Shown: positions 1-11,750 of the stretch, piece after piece
How positions within the stretch are numbered: the first letter of the stretch is position 1
Layout of the letters: every line of letters starts with the position of its first letter
Assembly: GCA_963727485.1 (NCBI GenBank)
Contig: CAVSGM010000002.1
Span: 512,001-576,000, forward strand
Direction of reading: 5' to 3'
DNA from: an uncultured delta proteobacterium
GTDB lineage: Bacteria; Myxococcota; Myxococcia; SLRQ01
DNA: 64,000 nt
Program-made: the position numbers and the translations under genes
Notes under the pieces: model-generated
Database searches by the model: none
The model's input: the letters and a program-made list of their open reading frames with translations, nothing else
What the model was told of the DNA's origin: nothing

Positions 1-558
1 GGTCTTGTTCACCGACTCGGTGAGGGTCGTCATGTCCTCGACGATCTTCTTGATGCTCCCGGCGCCCTTCTCCCCACCAAGGACCTCCTTGATGGAACCG
101 GTGACCGACTGGATGTCCTTGGTCACCTTGCCCAGGGTGGCGAAGACCTGCTCCATGGAGCCGGCGCTGACCACGTCCTTGATCTGGCCCCCGTCCTGGA
201 TCCGCGGCGGGGTGTGGCCGGGGCTGATGTCGAGCATCATGTCCCCGATGAAGCCCTCGGAGCGCTTGGCGATCCTGGCGTCGCTGTAGAGGCTGATCTC
301 GTTCTTGATCCGGAGGACGACCTTGGCCTTGTTGCCGACGAGGGAGACCGACTGGATCTGGCCCACCTCGATGCCGGCGATCTGGACCTTGGTCTTGCTG
401 CGCAGGCCCGAGGCGTCGTCGAAGATGGCGAAGGTCTCGTAGGAGTTGCCGGCGTTGAGCCCGCCCTTGGTGACCTTGAGGACGCCGAAGACCAGCGCCA
501 CCACCGCCGCGATGGTGAGCAGGCCAACCTTGATGGGCGTCCAGAACTTGCGCTGCAT
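1..558 (-). CDS. mlaD: MlaD/MCE family phospholipid-binding protein (3' end runs off the window)
   Basis: Not in the ORF track. Manual translation from ATG 558 gives MQRKFWTPIKVGLLTIAAVVALVFG...FDDASGLRSKTKVQIAGIEVGQI, i.e. an N-terminal TM plus MCE motif. Lies downstream of mlaE/mlaF. Confidence 0.9.
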   Translation of the reverse strand, partial: MQRKFWTPIKVGLLTIAAVVALVFGVLKVTKGGLNAGNSYETFAIFDDASGLRSKTKVQIAGIEVGQIQSVSLVGNKAKVVLRIKNEISLYSDARIAKRSEGFIGDMMLDISPGHTPPRIQDGGQIKDVVSAGSMEQVFATLGKVTKDIQSVTGSIKEVLGGEKGAGSIKKIVEDMTTLTESVNKT

Positions 559-566
559 CGGGGAGC

Positions 567-1319
567 TCAGTTCTTGCCGAACCAGGTGCCGAGGAACTCC
601 TGCACATGGGGATGGGGGTGCTTGCGGAGCTCGTCGCCGGTACCCTCCGCGACGATTTGCCCATCGTAGAGGACGGCCAGCCTGGTCGCCACCTTGAAGG
701 CGCTGGCGATGTCATGGCTGATGACCACGCTGGTCACCCCGAAGGCGTCCCGGGCCTGGAGGATCATGTCGTCGACGTCGTCGGTGGTGATGGGGTCGAG
801 GCCGGTGGTGGGCTCGTCGTAGAGGACGATCTTGGGGTCCATCACCACCGCCCGGGCCAGCCCCACCCGCTTGCGCATGCCCCCGGAGAGCTCGGCGGGG
901 AACTTGTCCTCGGTCCCCGAGAGGCCCACCACCTCCAGCTTCTCGGCGACCTTCTGGCGGATCTCGTCCTCGGGCATGCGCCGGAAGTGCTCACGCAGGG
1001 GGAAGCTCACGTTCTGGTAGACGGTCATGGAGTCGAAGAGGGCCGCCCCCTGGAACACCATCCCGAACTTCCGCCGGAGGCGCTCGAGCTCCCGCTCGCT
1101 GACCTGCACGATGTCCTCGTCCTCGACGAAGACCCGCCCCGAATCGGGCCGGAGCAGGCCGATCATGTGCTTCATCAGCACGCTCTTGCCCGAGCCCGAG
1201 GCCCCGAGGATCACCACGGTGCTCCCGTGCTCCACCTCGAGGTCCACGCCCTTGAGGACGTGGTTCCCGCCGAAGGACTTGTGGAGGTCCTCGATGCGGA
1301 TGATCGCTTCGTCGGCCAC
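567..1319 (-). CDS. mlaF: ABC transporter ATP-binding protein MlaF
   Basis: Walker A GASGSGKS, FQGAALFDS, signature LSGGMRKRVGLARA, LYDEPTTGLDP. GTG start at 1319; the ORF-track extension is spurious. Confidence 0.92.
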   Translation of the reverse strand: MADEAIIRIEDLHKSFGGNHVLKGVDLEVEHGSTVVILGASGSGKSVLMKHMIGLLRPDSGRVFVEDEDIVQVSERELERLRRKFGMVFQGAALFDSMTVYQNVSFPLREHFRRMPEDEIRQKVAEKLEVVGLSGTEDKFPAELSGGMRKRVGLARAVVMDPKIVLYDEPTTGLDPITTDDVDDMILQARDAFGVTSVVISHDIASAFKVATRLAVLYDGQIVAEGTGDELRKHPHPHVQEFLGTWFGKN

Positions 1320-1321
1320 GG

Positions 1322-2110
1322 TCAGACCAGGAGCAGGAGGGTGATGAAGTAGTCGAGGATGAAGATGGCCACGGAGGTCAGGACCACCGCCTCGGTGGTG
1401 GCCCGCCCCACCCCCTTGGACCCGCCCTTGGCGTAGTAGCCCTTGTAGCAGGCGATGAGGGCGATCACGACGCCGAAGACCAGCGCCTTGAGCATCCCCG
1501 ACCAGATGTCGCTGGGGTCCACCCGGTACTGGGTGCGGGCGAGGAAGGTGCCCACGTCCTGGCCGCCGAAGAGGCAGGTGACCACGTAGGCGCCGAAGAA
1601 GCCCACCCCGTTGAACACCATGGTGAGGACCGGGACCATGACCGTGGATGCCAGGATCCGCGGCACCACCAGGAACTGGATGGGGTTGACCGCCATGGTG
1701 GTCAGGGCGTCGATCTGCTCGGTGACCCGCATGGTCCCGAGCTCGGTGGTGATGGCCGACCCGGCGCGGCCGGTGACCATCAGGGCGGTGAGCACCGGGG
1801 CCAGCTCCCGGGTGAGCGAGAGGGTCACCGTGGGGCCGGTGAGGCCCTGGGCGCCGAAGAGGCCGAAGGCGTAGTTGCTCTGCTCGGCGAAGACCATCCC
1901 GGTGAAGGTGCCGGTGAGGACGACGATGAACAGGCTCCCGACGCCGATGAACTCCATCTGGCCCAGGATGTTCGCCACCCGGTAAGGGGGCCGGACCACC
2001 CAGGCGGTGGACTCGACGAGGAGCTGCACCAGGGCGCCGATCTCCTCGAAGAAGAAGATCACGCGGCTCCCGATTCGGCTGACGAGGTCGACGACGGCGC
2101 CCAAGACCAC
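1322..2110 (-). CDS. mlaE: MlaE family ABC permease
   Basis: RELAPVLTALMVTGRAGSAITTELGTMRVTEQIDAL and GVGRATT motifs. Confidence 0.93.
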   Translation of the reverse strand: MVLGAVVDLVSRIGSRVIFFFEEIGALVQLLVESTAWVVRPPYRVANILGQMEFIGVGSLFIVVLTGTFTGMVFAEQSNYAFGLFGAQGLTGPTVTLSLTRELAPVLTALMVTGRAGSAITTELGTMRVTEQIDALTTMAVNPIQFLVVPRILASTVMVPVLTMVFNGVGFFGAYVVTCLFGGQDVGTFLARTQYRVDPSDIWSGMLKALVFGVVIALIACYKGYYAKGGSKGVGRATTEAVVLTSVAIFILDYFITLLLLV

Positions 2111-2128
2111 CTCCCGCCCCTGTCTGTA

Positions 2129-3317
2129 CTACGGATCCCGGGGTACGCGCTCGCCGATGGCGCAGAGCACCTCGTAGGGGATGGTGCCGATGCGGTCGGC
2201 GAGCTCGTCGGCGCCCACGAACGCCTCGCCCTGGCGGCCGAGGAGGACCACCTCGTCGCCGAGGGCGACGCCGGGGACGTCGGTGACGTCGACCAGGCAC
2301 ATGTCCATGCACACCCGGCCGATGATCTCGCACCGGCGGCCCCCCACCAGGACCGGGGATCCGTTGGAGTGCCGGCGGTCGTAGCCGTCGGCGTAGCCCA
2401 CCGGGAGGGTGGCCACCAGCGACTCCCGGGGGGCGGACCAGGTCTGGCCGTAGGAGACCTTGAAGCCCGGGGGCACCCGCTTGAGGTGGGTGATGCGGGT
2501 GGCGAGGGTGAGCACCGGCTCGAGGTCGGCGTCCGCTGCGAAACGCGCCGCCGGGGGGTAGCCGTAGAGCATCAGCCCCGGGCGGGCGAGGGCCCGGGCC
2601 TCGAGGGCCACCGTCCCCTCGAGGACGGCGGCGCTGTTGGCGAGGTGGAGCCAGGTGGGCTTGAAGCCCGCGGCGTCGACCCGGGCCACGGCGTCCCGGA
2701 AGCGCGCGACCTGGGCCGCGGTCTCGGCGTCGTCGGCAAGGTCGGCGTTGGCGAAGTGCGAGAGGACGCCGTCGAGGACGAGGCGCGGGTGGGCCTTGGC
2801 GGCCTCGAGGAACGCCGGGAGCGCCTCCGGGAGGACGCCGATGCGCCCCATGCCCGTGTCCACCTTCAGGTGGTAGGCCGCGGTGGCGCCGGACGGCAGC
2901 GCCTGCTGGTAGGCGTCGAGGTGGTCCGGGCGGAAGAGGACCGGGGTGAGCGCCTCGGCGTGGAGGGTCTCCCAGCCGCCCTCGTAGGCGCCGCCGAGGA
3001 CCAGGATGGGCAGGCGGATCCCGGCGCGGCGGAGGGTCACGCCCTCCTCCACCAGGGCCACCCCCAGCCAGCGGATGCCCGCCTCGCCGGCCACCGACTC
3101 CAAGGGCCCGGGAGACCGGGACGGCGCCGTGGCCGTAGGCGTCGGCCTTCACCACCGCCAGGAGGTCCGGGACCGGGACGCCCTGGGCCCGTGCGTGGGC
3201 GGCGAGGACCCGGTGGGCCTCCCGGGCGTTGTGCTCGAGGGCTCCGAGGTCGAGGCGGGCGACCGTGGGACGGATGGCCCGGGTCGGGGGCGGCGAGGGC
3301 TGTGTCTGGGGCGCCAT
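2129..3317 (-). CDS. alr: Alanine racemase (one frameshift near 3102, probably a sequencing error)
   Basis: AVVKADAYGHG in the 5' frame; HLKVDTGMGRIG, HLANSA, VGYADG and GRVCMD in the second frame. Confidence 0.92.
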
Positions 3318-3381
3318 GGTCACCGTGTCCTCGGGGCCTCGGGAGGCCCGCAGTTGGGGTAGCAGCGGGGTGCTTCGGGTG

Positions 3382-4104
3382 TCAATCGAGGGGTCGCTGC
3401 AAGACCGTGGCCAGGGCCGGCGCCAGATCGCCGGGCACCGGGGCGGTGACGTCGAGGCCGGCGTCCGGGAGGACCAGGCGCCGGGCGTGGAGGGTGAGCC
3501 GGGCGCAGGTGGCGTCGCCCACGGTGACCGGGCCCGGGTCGCCGTAGCGCAGGTCCACGGCGAGCGGCCAGCCCACCGCGGCGAGGTGGACGCGGATCTG
3601 GTGGGTGCGCCCGGTCTCCGGGTGGGCCTCGACCACGGCGAGCTCGCCGGCGAGGGCGAGGACCCGGAAGCGGGTCACGGCGGCCTGGGCGCCCCGGGGG
3701 AAAGGGAGACCGGCTCCCGGGGCCTCGAGGACGCGCATGCCCCCCTTGCGACCTTCGACCAGGGCCAGGTCGATGCGCCCGGCGGTGGGGGCGTCCGGGC
3801 GCGCGCGCCGGCAGAGGGCGAGGTAGGTCTTCCGGGCGCGCCGGCCGGCGAAGGCGTCGTTGAGGCGCCGGTGGGCCTCGGCGCTCCGGGCCAGGACCAC
3901 CACCCCGCTGGTGTCCCGGTCGAGGCGGTGGACCACGTAGAGGCGCTCGCCGAGGCTGGCCTCGAGGACGCGCTTCAGGGTCGGGCCTTCGGGATCCTCC
4001 CGGGTGGGGATGACCGGGAGGCCCGCGGGCTTGAGGGCGGCGACCCAGTCCGGGGCCTCGGCGAGGAGGGGCACGCCGGGCGGCGGGGACCCGGTGGCGC
4101 TCAA
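3382..4104 (-). CDS. RluA family pseudouridine synthase
   Basis: KPAGL, VHRLDRDTSG and TGRTHQIRVH motifs; TTG start overlapping the upstream stop is inferred. Confidence 0.88.
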   Translation of the reverse strand: MSATGSPPPGVPLLAEAPDWVAALKPAGLPVIPTREDPEGPTLKRVLEASLGERLYVVHRLDRDTSGVVVLARSAEAHRRLNDAFAGRRARKTYLALCRRARPDAPTAGRIDLALVEGRKGGMRVLEAPGAGLPFPRGAQAAVTRFRVLALAGELAVVEAHPETGRTHQIRVHLAAVGWPLAVDLRYGDPGPVTVGDATCARLTLHARRLVLPDAGLDVTAPVPGDLAPALATVLQRPLD

Positions 4105-4481
4105 GACGCCGGGACGATGGAGAGGTTCACCGGGGCCGAGGTCCGGCCGGCGACGCTGACCACCACCACCGTGGCCCCGGCGGGCGCCTGCGGCACGGTG
4201 AACGTGATGCGGCCGTCGCTCCAGGCGGCGACGTCGGCGAGGGTGCCGTGGACGCTCACGAACCCGTCGGCCTGGAGATCCCCGAAGCCCTGGCCGTCGA
4301 GGACCACCGTGTCGCCGACCCGCGCCGTGGTCGGCGCGAGCTCGTAGACCGCAGGGCTCTCGGGCGCGGCCACCTGGCCGCAGCCAGCGGCGCCGAGCCC
4401 CACGGCGAGGCCCAGCACCGCGGCAGCCCACAGGCCCGGCCGGCGCCGGTGCCCGCCCCCCTGGCTCGACGGAGCGATCAT
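4101..4481 (-). CDS. Small IPT/TIG-domain lipoprotein
   Basis: Lipobox GAAGC; P..A.VGDTVVLDGQGFG...WSDGRITFTVP IPT-like pattern; ATGA overlap with the cupin gene. Confidence 0.7.
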   Translation of the reverse strand: MIAPSSQGGGHRRRPGLWAAAVLGLAVGLGAAGCGQVAAPESPAVYELAPTTARVGDTVVLDGQGFGDLQADGFVSVHGTLADVAAWSDGRITFTVPQAPAGATVVVVSVAGRTSAPVNLSIVPAS

Positions 4482-4837
4482 GGGGCGCTGGTGCCCTTGC
4501 GCCCGTAGTCGTCCTCGAGACGCACCACGTCGTCGAGCTCGGGCGTCGAGACCTCGAGGACGTCCACGTCGGTCACCGCGATCATCCGGTGCCGGGTGCC
4601 CGGGACCACGTGGAAGACGTCCCCCGCGTTCATCTCCCGCTCCTGCGGCCCCTCGCCCACGTCGTAGACGAGGCGCATGGTGCCGCCGAGGACCCGCAGG
4701 GTCTCCTCCTTCACCCGGTGGTACTGGTAGGAGAGCCGCTGGCCGGCGGTGATGTGGAGGATCTTCCCGACGTAGCGGTCGGTGCGGGCCCAGATGATCT
4801 CGTGGCCCCAGGGCTTGTCGACGCGGGTGGACTCCAT
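4478..4837 (-). CDS. Cupin-domain protein (type II mannose-6-phosphate isomerase C-terminal-like)
   Basis: KPWG, RLSYQYH, HRM and DDVVRLEDDYGR motifs. Confidence 0.85.
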   Translation of the reverse strand: MESTRVDKPWGHEIIWARTDRYVGKILHITAGQRLSYQYHRVKEETLRVLGGTMRLVYDVGEGPQEREMNAGDVFHVVPGTRHRMIAVTDVDVLEVSTPELDDVVRLEDDYGRKGTSAP

Positions 4838-4881
4838 GAACGGGACTGTAGACCACCGCCGGGCCCGGGGGAACTCCGCGG

Positions 4882-5601
4882 CTAGTCGGGCACCACGATG
4901 CCGGAGAGGTTCACCGCCACCTTGATCTCCGCCTGCTTGAGGGAGGCGCTCTCGCGGCTGGGGAAGTGACCGACGCGGACGCGGTACCAGCGGCCGCGGC
5001 CGGGGATGTCGGCGGGGACGACGTGGGCGTCGTAGCCGGCGGCCACGAGCTTCTTGGCGAGGCGGCGGGTGTCGCCCTCGTCCCGGGAGCTGGCGACCTG
5101 GATGCTGTAGCCCGCGTCGCCGGCGGCGGCCTTCGCCGGGTCCCCGGCGGCCGCGTGGGCGGGCGCGGCGTCGGCGACCCGCGCCGGCGCGTCGTGGGCG
5201 GGCGCGGCGTGGGCCGGTGCCTTGTTCGCCGCGACCTTCGCCGCGTGCGCCTCGGCGTGGTGGGCCTCGGCGTGGTGGGCCGGATGCGCCGGCGTGTCGG
5301 TCCGGGCGTGGTCGTCGACGCGCTTCTGGGTCAGGGCGTCGTGGAAGGTCAGGGCCGGCACCTTGGCCGCCGGCGCGGGCGGGGCCGCGGTCGGCGCGGT
5401 CGGCGCGGTGGAAGCCGCGGCGGCGACGGCTTGGGGATGGGCCTCGGGCTCGGCGGAGAGGCGCTTGCCCATGCCCACCCCCAGGAGGAAGACGGCGCCG
5501 AGGGCCAGGACGGACCCCACCACCAGGGTCGCGACCTGCCCGCGCTCCAGGGAGACGTCGACGGTGTCGGCGGTGTGGCGGCGGTTCCGTTGGTTCTTCA
5601 T
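4882..5601 (-). CDS. SPOR-domain protein (FtsN/DedD-like topology)
   Basis: N-terminal TM, Ala/Pro/His linker, C-terminal YSIQVAS...WYRVRVGHF SPOR motif. Confidence 0.85.
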   Translation of the reverse strand: MKNQRNRRHTADTVDVSLERGQVATLVVGSVLALGAVFLLGVGMGKRLSAEPEAHPQAVAAAASTAPTAPTAAPPAPAAKVPALTFHDALTQKRVDDHARTDTPAHPAHHAEAHHAEAHAAKVAANKAPAHAAPAHDAPARVADAAPAHAAAGDPAKAAAGDAGYSIQVASSRDEGDTRRLAKKLVAAGYDAHVVPADIPGRGRWYRVRVGHFPSRESASLKQAEIKVAVNLSGIVVPD

Positions 5602-5779
5602 CGATGGCCTCGCGGATCGGGGGCGACAGGGTGCGACGTCGGTCGCCAGGGGTCGCCCATGTCCTACATCCCGATCGCCATCGTCCTACGCGATCGCCAC
5701 CCGTCAAGAAAACGCCCGCCTGGGAGGCCGGTCTCGTCGACCGCCCGCCCCTCCGCGACGCCCCACCCCTCCGCGACGC

Positions 5780-7009
5780 CTACGGGTGCGCCGCCTCGGG
5801 ACGCACCATCGGCAGCCGCCGGCTCTTGTCCTGGACCCGGCGGATGGTGTCCCAGGCCCCACACCGCGGGCAGCGCCACACCAGGCTCGCCAGGCGATGG
5901 CCGCAGCGCTCGCAGCGCAGGCCCGGCTCGGCGCCCATGGTGTCGAGGAGCTCCTCGAACTGCCGGCGCAGCTCGATGTCCATGTTCTCCTCGAGGAGGA
6001 TGCGGCCGAGCTCCTGCCGGGCGTCGTGGAAGCGGGGGTCGAGATCGAGGGCCACCCGCAGCTCCTCCACCGCCCGGTCCGTGAGGCCCCGCTTGCGCAG
6101 GTACCGGGCGAGGGCCAGGCGCAGCTGCGGGACGTCCGGGAAGCGGTTCACGAAGCCCCGGAGGTACTCGCCGAGCTCCTCGTAGCGGCCGTCGCGGAAG
6201 TAGAGGTCGGAGAGGCCGCTGTAGGCCAGGCCGATGGCCTCGGGGAGGCGCTCCACCGCCGCGTCGAAGTGCTTGCGCGCCACCTTGAGCTGCCCCTGGG
6301 CCACGCCGAGCTCGGCGGCGGCGAGGTGGGCGTCGACGCAGTCCGGGTCGATCTTGAGGGCCTCCTTGAGCGCCCCCAGGGCGTCGTCGGGGCGGCCGGC
6401 GCCGAGGTGGGCGCGCCCGAGCCCGGCGAGGAGGTGCGCCAGGACGTGGTCCTCGCCGCCTCCCCGGCGCTTCACCAGCCGCCGCTCGTCTTCCACCGCC
6501 TCGCCCCACTCCCCGCCCTCGATGTGGAGGTCGCGCTTGAGGGCCAGGGCCTCCTCGACCCGCTTCTCGTCGGCGGCCGGGTCCTTCACGAACTGCCCCA
6601 GGGCCTCCTTGGCCTGGGCGAGCATCCCGGCGGTGCGGTAGTCGAGGGCCAGCTCGAAGCGCGCCTGGGCCCGGGTGCCGTCGGGGAGCCCGGGGCGCAG
6701 GAGGATGTTCTGGTGGATGCGCAGGGCGCGCTCGAGCTCACCCTTGCGCCGGAACAGGGCCCCGAGGGCGAAGTAGGTGCCGATGGTCTCGGTGTTCACC
6801 TGCACCACCCGGGTCAGCTCCTCGATGGCGGCGTCGGGGTTGTCCGAGAGGAGGTAGTGGACGCCCTTGAGGTAGGCCTGGGTCTCGTTGACCTCCCGGC
6901 GGCGGCGGCCCCGGGCGCTGCGCCAGCCGAGGACCAGCAGCACCCCGGCGCCGAGGGCCGAGAGCCCGCCGACCAGCAGCCAGAAGGGCGTCTGTCCCGC
7001 AGCCTCCAC
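5780..7009 (-). CDS. lapB: LPS assembly protein B (TPR plus rubredoxin-like domain)
   Basis: YLKGVHYLL, LGALFRRKGE..RA.RIHQNIL, C-terminal CERCG...CPRCGAW; follows lapA. Confidence 0.88.
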   Translation of the reverse strand: MEAAGQTPFWLLVGGLSALGAGVLLVLGWRSARGRRRREVNETQAYLKGVHYLLSDNPDAAIEELTRVVQVNTETIGTYFALGALFRRKGELERALRIHQNILLRPGLPDGTRAQARFELALDYRTAGMLAQAKEALGQFVKDPAADEKRVEEALALKRDLHIEGGEWGEAVEDERRLVKRRGGGEDHVLAHLLAGLGRAHLGAGRPDDALGALKEALKIDPDCVDAHLAAAELGVAQGQLKVARKHFDAAVERLPEAIGLAYSGLSDLYFRDGRYEELGEYLRGFVNRFPDVPQLRLALARYLRKRGLTDRAVEELRVALDLDPRFHDARQELGRILLEENMDIELRRQFEELLDTMGAEPGLRCERCGHRLASLVWRCPRCGAWDTIRRVQDKSRRLPMVRPEAAHP

Positions 7010-7010
7010 C

Positions 7011-7361
7011 CTAGCGCCTCGGCCCGTCCGCCTCGGCGGGGGCATGGGCCCCGGTGCCCACCGGCTCGGTGAGGGGGGCGTTGCGCAGGCGCTTGAGCTC
7101 CTCGTCCTGGGCGTCGATCCGCCGTTCGAGCCGCCGCCGGCGCCGCCGGCCCTGGACCCCCAGCACCCCGGCGAAGATCCCGACCAACGCCCCGCCGAGG
7201 ACCAGGAAGCTCGCCGCCACCGCGTAGAGCGGGAGCTTCGGGTGGCCGACGATGAAGTCGACGTTCACCGGGGTGCGATTGGCGATGGCGAAGAGGATGA
7301 CGTAGCCGCCAATGAGGATGCCGACGCCGACGCCGAGGATGGTGGAGATCTTGGTCTTCAT
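7011..7361 (-). CDS. lapA: LPS assembly protein A family
   Basis: Two TMs with FAIAN..PV.VDF and a basic coiled tail LKRLRNAPL; position between HIT and lapB. Confidence 0.75.
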   Translation of the reverse strand: MKTKISTILGVGVGILIGGYVILFAIANRTPVNVDFIVGHPKLPLYAVAASFLVLGGALVGIFAGVLGVQGRRRRRRLERRIDAQDEELKRLRNAPLTEPVGTGAHAPAEADGPRR

Positions 7362-7855
7362 GGGAGGGACTCGAAGGCGGTGGCCAGGACCGCGCGGCTC
7401 TGGGCCAGGTGCTCGGGCATGACCTTGGTCGCGCCGAGCACCGGCATGAAGTTGGTGTCTCCATCCCATCTAGGCACGACGTGCCAGTGGAGGTGCCCGG
7501 GGACGCCGGCGCCGGCGGGGGCGCCCAGGTTCATGCCCACGTTCACCCCGCCCGGGTGGTAGTGGCCGCGGACCACCGCGATGGTGCGCCGCAGCAGCGC
7601 CCCCAGGGCCGCCCAGTCGGGCTCGGAGACCTCCGCCGGGTCGGCCACGTGGGCGTGGGGCACCACCATCACGTGCCCGTTGTTGTAGGGAAACTTGTTG
7701 AGGATGACGAACCCGGCCTCGGCGCGGTGGACGATGAGGCTGGCGGCGTCGTCCCCGGCCCGGGGCAGGTCACAGAAGATGCAGCCCGCCGCGCGGTCGG
7801 GCGCGGGGCCCTTCTCGATGACCTCCATCCGCCACGGCGCCCAGAGGACCTTCAC
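7358..7855 (-). CDS. HIT family hydrolase (Ap4A phosphorylase-like)
   Basis: LWAPWR, CIFC, LNKFPYNNGH and HLHWHVVPRW histidine triad. Confidence 0.9.
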   Translation of the reverse strand: MKVLWAPWRMEVIEKGPAPDRAAGCIFCDLPRAGDDAASLIVHRAEAGFVILNKFPYNNGHVMVVPHAHVADPAEVSEPDWAALGALLRRTIAVVRGHYHPGGVNVGMNLGAPAGAGVPGHLHWHVVPRWDGDTNFMPVLGATKVMPEHLAQSRAVLATAFESLP

Positions 7856-7864
7856 CCGGCGCCC

Positions 7865-8257
7865 CTAGATCCCGTCCCCGCCGTCGCCCGACGCCCGCAG
7901 GGGGCCGGGGACGCCGTCCACTCCGTCCCGGGCGACGGCCCCGCGCGAAGCGGCACCGTCCGCGGAGACGACCCCGTCCTGGAGGTCGACCCGCTCCCGG
8001 AGCTCCTTGCCCACGGTGAAGAAGGGGATGCGCTTGGTGGGGACGAAGACCTTGGCGCCGGTCTTGGGGTTGCGCCCGTCCCGGGCGGCCCGGCGCTTCA
8101 CCACGAAGGACCCGAAGCCCCGGATCTCGATCCGGTAGTCCTGGGCCATGGCCGAGACCATGGTGTCGAAGACGGTGTTCACCACCGTCTCCACGTCCCT
8201 CTTGGAGAGCTCGGGCTTGCGGCTCGCGACCGCTTCGATGAGCTCGCTCTTGGTCAC
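7865..8257 (-). CDS. ihfB: Integration host factor beta subunit
   Basis: MTKSELIE, RIEIRGFGSF, GRNPKTG, PFFTVGKELRERV; position downstream of rpsA/sppA. Confidence 0.88.
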   Translation of the reverse strand: MTKSELIEAVASRKPELSKRDVETVVNTVFDTMVSAMAQDYRIEIRGFGSFVVKRRAARDGRNPKTGAKVFVPTKRIPFFTVGKELRERVDLQDGVVSADGAASRGAVARDGVDGVPGPLRASGDGGDGI

Positions 8258-8342
8258 GGGCTCGGTCCCTCCCCTGGCCCCACTCCCCCCGGGGCGGCGG
8301 CGAGTAGAACAAATCTCGGGTGCGCGGACAAGCGAACGGCCC

Positions 8343-9260
8343 CTAGCGCGGGCTCGCCAGCATCCACAGGGACGGCGACCGGGCGCCGGCGGCGGTCTTG
8401 GTGACCTCGCTCTTCACCCCGTCGACGAAGGACCGGGCGCCCTCGGAGAGGAGCCGGCGCAAGAGCTCGCGCTCGTCCTTCTTGGGGTAGACGAGCTGGG
8501 GCTCGCCCTTGAGGCCCGCGAGGCGGGCGGTCTCCTTCACCGCGAAGTCGAAGCTCCCCAGCTTGTCGACCAGGCCCAGCTTCTTGGCCTCCTCGCCGGT
8601 GAGCACCCGGCCGTCGGCGATGGGCCTCACCTTGTCCACGGGCAGCTTGCGGCCCTTGGCCACGGCACCGAGGAACTGCTGGTAGACCTGCATCACCGTG
8701 TCGTGGAGGTACTGGCGGTCGTCGTCGGTCATGTCCCGGAAGGGGCTGCCGGTGTCCTTGAACTTCCCGGACTTGACGACCTCCATCTTCACCTTGGCCC
8801 AGCTCGCCAGCCCCGAGACGTCGGGGAACTCCATGATCACCCCGATGGACCCGGTGAGGGTGCCGGGGTTGGCGACGATCTCGTCGGCGGCCACCGAGAC
8901 GTAGAAGCCCCCGGACGCGGCGACGCTGCCCATGGAGACGACGACCTTCTTCTTCTTGCGGGTCTCGAGGATGGCGTCGTGGATCTCCTGGCTCGGGGCC
9001 ACGGCGCCCCCGGGGGAGTCGACGCGGACCAGCACCGCCTTGATGCTGTGGTCCTCCCGGAAGCTCTTGAGCTGCTCGAGGATCTTCTTGTCGTCGCCGA
9101 TGACGCCCTTGAGCTCGACGACGCCGATCCGCGGGCCTCCGGCGCTCACACCGCCCTCGCCCCCGCCGGTCACGGAGACGGCGAGAAAGAGGAACCCGAA
9201 GAAGACGAGGAAGAGGCCCCCGAACACCACGGCCAGCACCACGACGGCTCGCTTGTCCAT
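8343..9260 (-). CDS. sppA: Signal peptide peptidase SppA (36K type)
   Basis: VDSPGG, SMGSVAASGGFY, TGSIGV, KSGKFKD. Confidence 0.93.
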   Translation of the reverse strand: MDKRAVVVLAVVFGGLFLVFFGFLFLAVSVTGGGEGGVSAGGPRIGVVELKGVIGDDKKILEQLKSFREDHSIKAVLVRVDSPGGAVAPSQEIHDAILETRKKKKVVVSMGSVAASGGFYVSVAADEIVANPGTLTGSIGVIMEFPDVSGLASWAKVKMEVVKSGKFKDTGSPFRDMTDDDRQYLHDTVMQVYQQFLGAVAKGRKLPVDKVRPIADGRVLTGEEAKKLGLVDKLGSFDFAVKETARLAGLKGEPQLVYPKKDERELLRRLLSEGARSFVDGVKSEVTKTAAGARSPSLWMLASPR

Positions 9261-9327
9261 GGGCGGGGGCTATAGCGCAGATTGGCGGGCGGCGCCACGG
9301 GGCACGCGGACGCCGCCCACCGGTGCC

Positions 9328-9580
9328 CTACTCCACGATCACGGGCACCTCGGTAGATCTCGTCCGCCGGGTGCCCGCTCTTCTGGTGGACCTGGGAGAC
9401 CGCGTCGAGGCTCGGCCCCTCGGAGAGGCAGAAGACGTGCCCGGTCTTGGGGTCGCCCCAGGCCCGGATGAAGTGGACCCCGGTGCCCTTCTCGTTGGCC
9501 AGGTCCTGGTCGTGGGCAGCCTCCAGCTGCGCCTTGGTGACCCCCTTCATGCTCTTGTGGACGTCCATGAACAGCGCCAT
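9328..9580 (-). CDS. DUF4242/SCO4226-like small metal-binding protein (one frameshift near 9351)
   Basis: FMDVH, AH..DL, VFCLSEGPS..AV..VH..GHPADEIY; removing one C restores the ending YEVPVIVE-stop. Confidence 0.75.
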
Positions 9581-9726
9581 GTCCCATTCCCCTTTCGGCG
9601 GGCCGGTGTGGTCCGCCGGCGGCAACCCTAGGTCGGCCCCGGAGGCCGGGAAATGCGTGCCATCCCCGGGCTGGCGTCTCCCCCTGGGTGACCGCGGGAC
9701 GGGGGACGACCGCCCGGGGAACCAAC

Positions 9727-9764
9727 GGAAAACGGGCCCCGAACCGGAAGGTCCGAGGCCCGTT
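9727..9764 (-). terminator. Intrinsic terminator of rpsA
   Basis: Minus strand AACGGGCCTCGGA-CCTTCCGG-TTCGGGGCCCGTTTT hairpin with T-run, about 30 bp after the rpsA stop. Confidence 0.75.
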
Positions 9765-9790
9765 GTGGGTGCCGAGGTGGGCGCGGCGCG

Positions 9791-11600
<1,810 letters not shown>

Positions 11601-11720
11601 GAATGGAATCCTGGCTTCGGTAAACGACCCCTCTTGGGCTTTCTTCCGGGCGCCGCGGGGAACGACGGCGAGCGGGCGGACGCCAGGCCAACCCCGGTGT
11701 CCGGTTCTCAAACGCGGCGG

Positions 11721-11750
11721 AACCTAGAGGAATTTCCCGCGAACTGTCAA
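11721..11750 (-). promoter_or_regulatory. sigma70-type promoter of rpsA
   Basis: TTGACA-N18-TAGGTT overlapping the cmk stop, about 120 bp upstream of the rpsA ATG. Confidence 0.65.

Noticed and set aside
567..3323. 918-aa alr-MlaF fusion; likewise 14968-18246, 21444-24647, 35338-38637, 37110-40271 and 44085-46580
   Set aside because: Read-through of stop-poor GC-rich frames and indels. The middle parts are low-complexity Arg/Pro/Gly shadows overlapping real genes.
7865..7980. IHF-beta C-terminal extension
   Set aside because: A low-complexity tail with no motif, common in this group of organisms.
9647..9663. sigma-54-like TGGCACG upstream of the DUF4242 gene (also near 48356)
   Set aside because: No GC at the -12 position.
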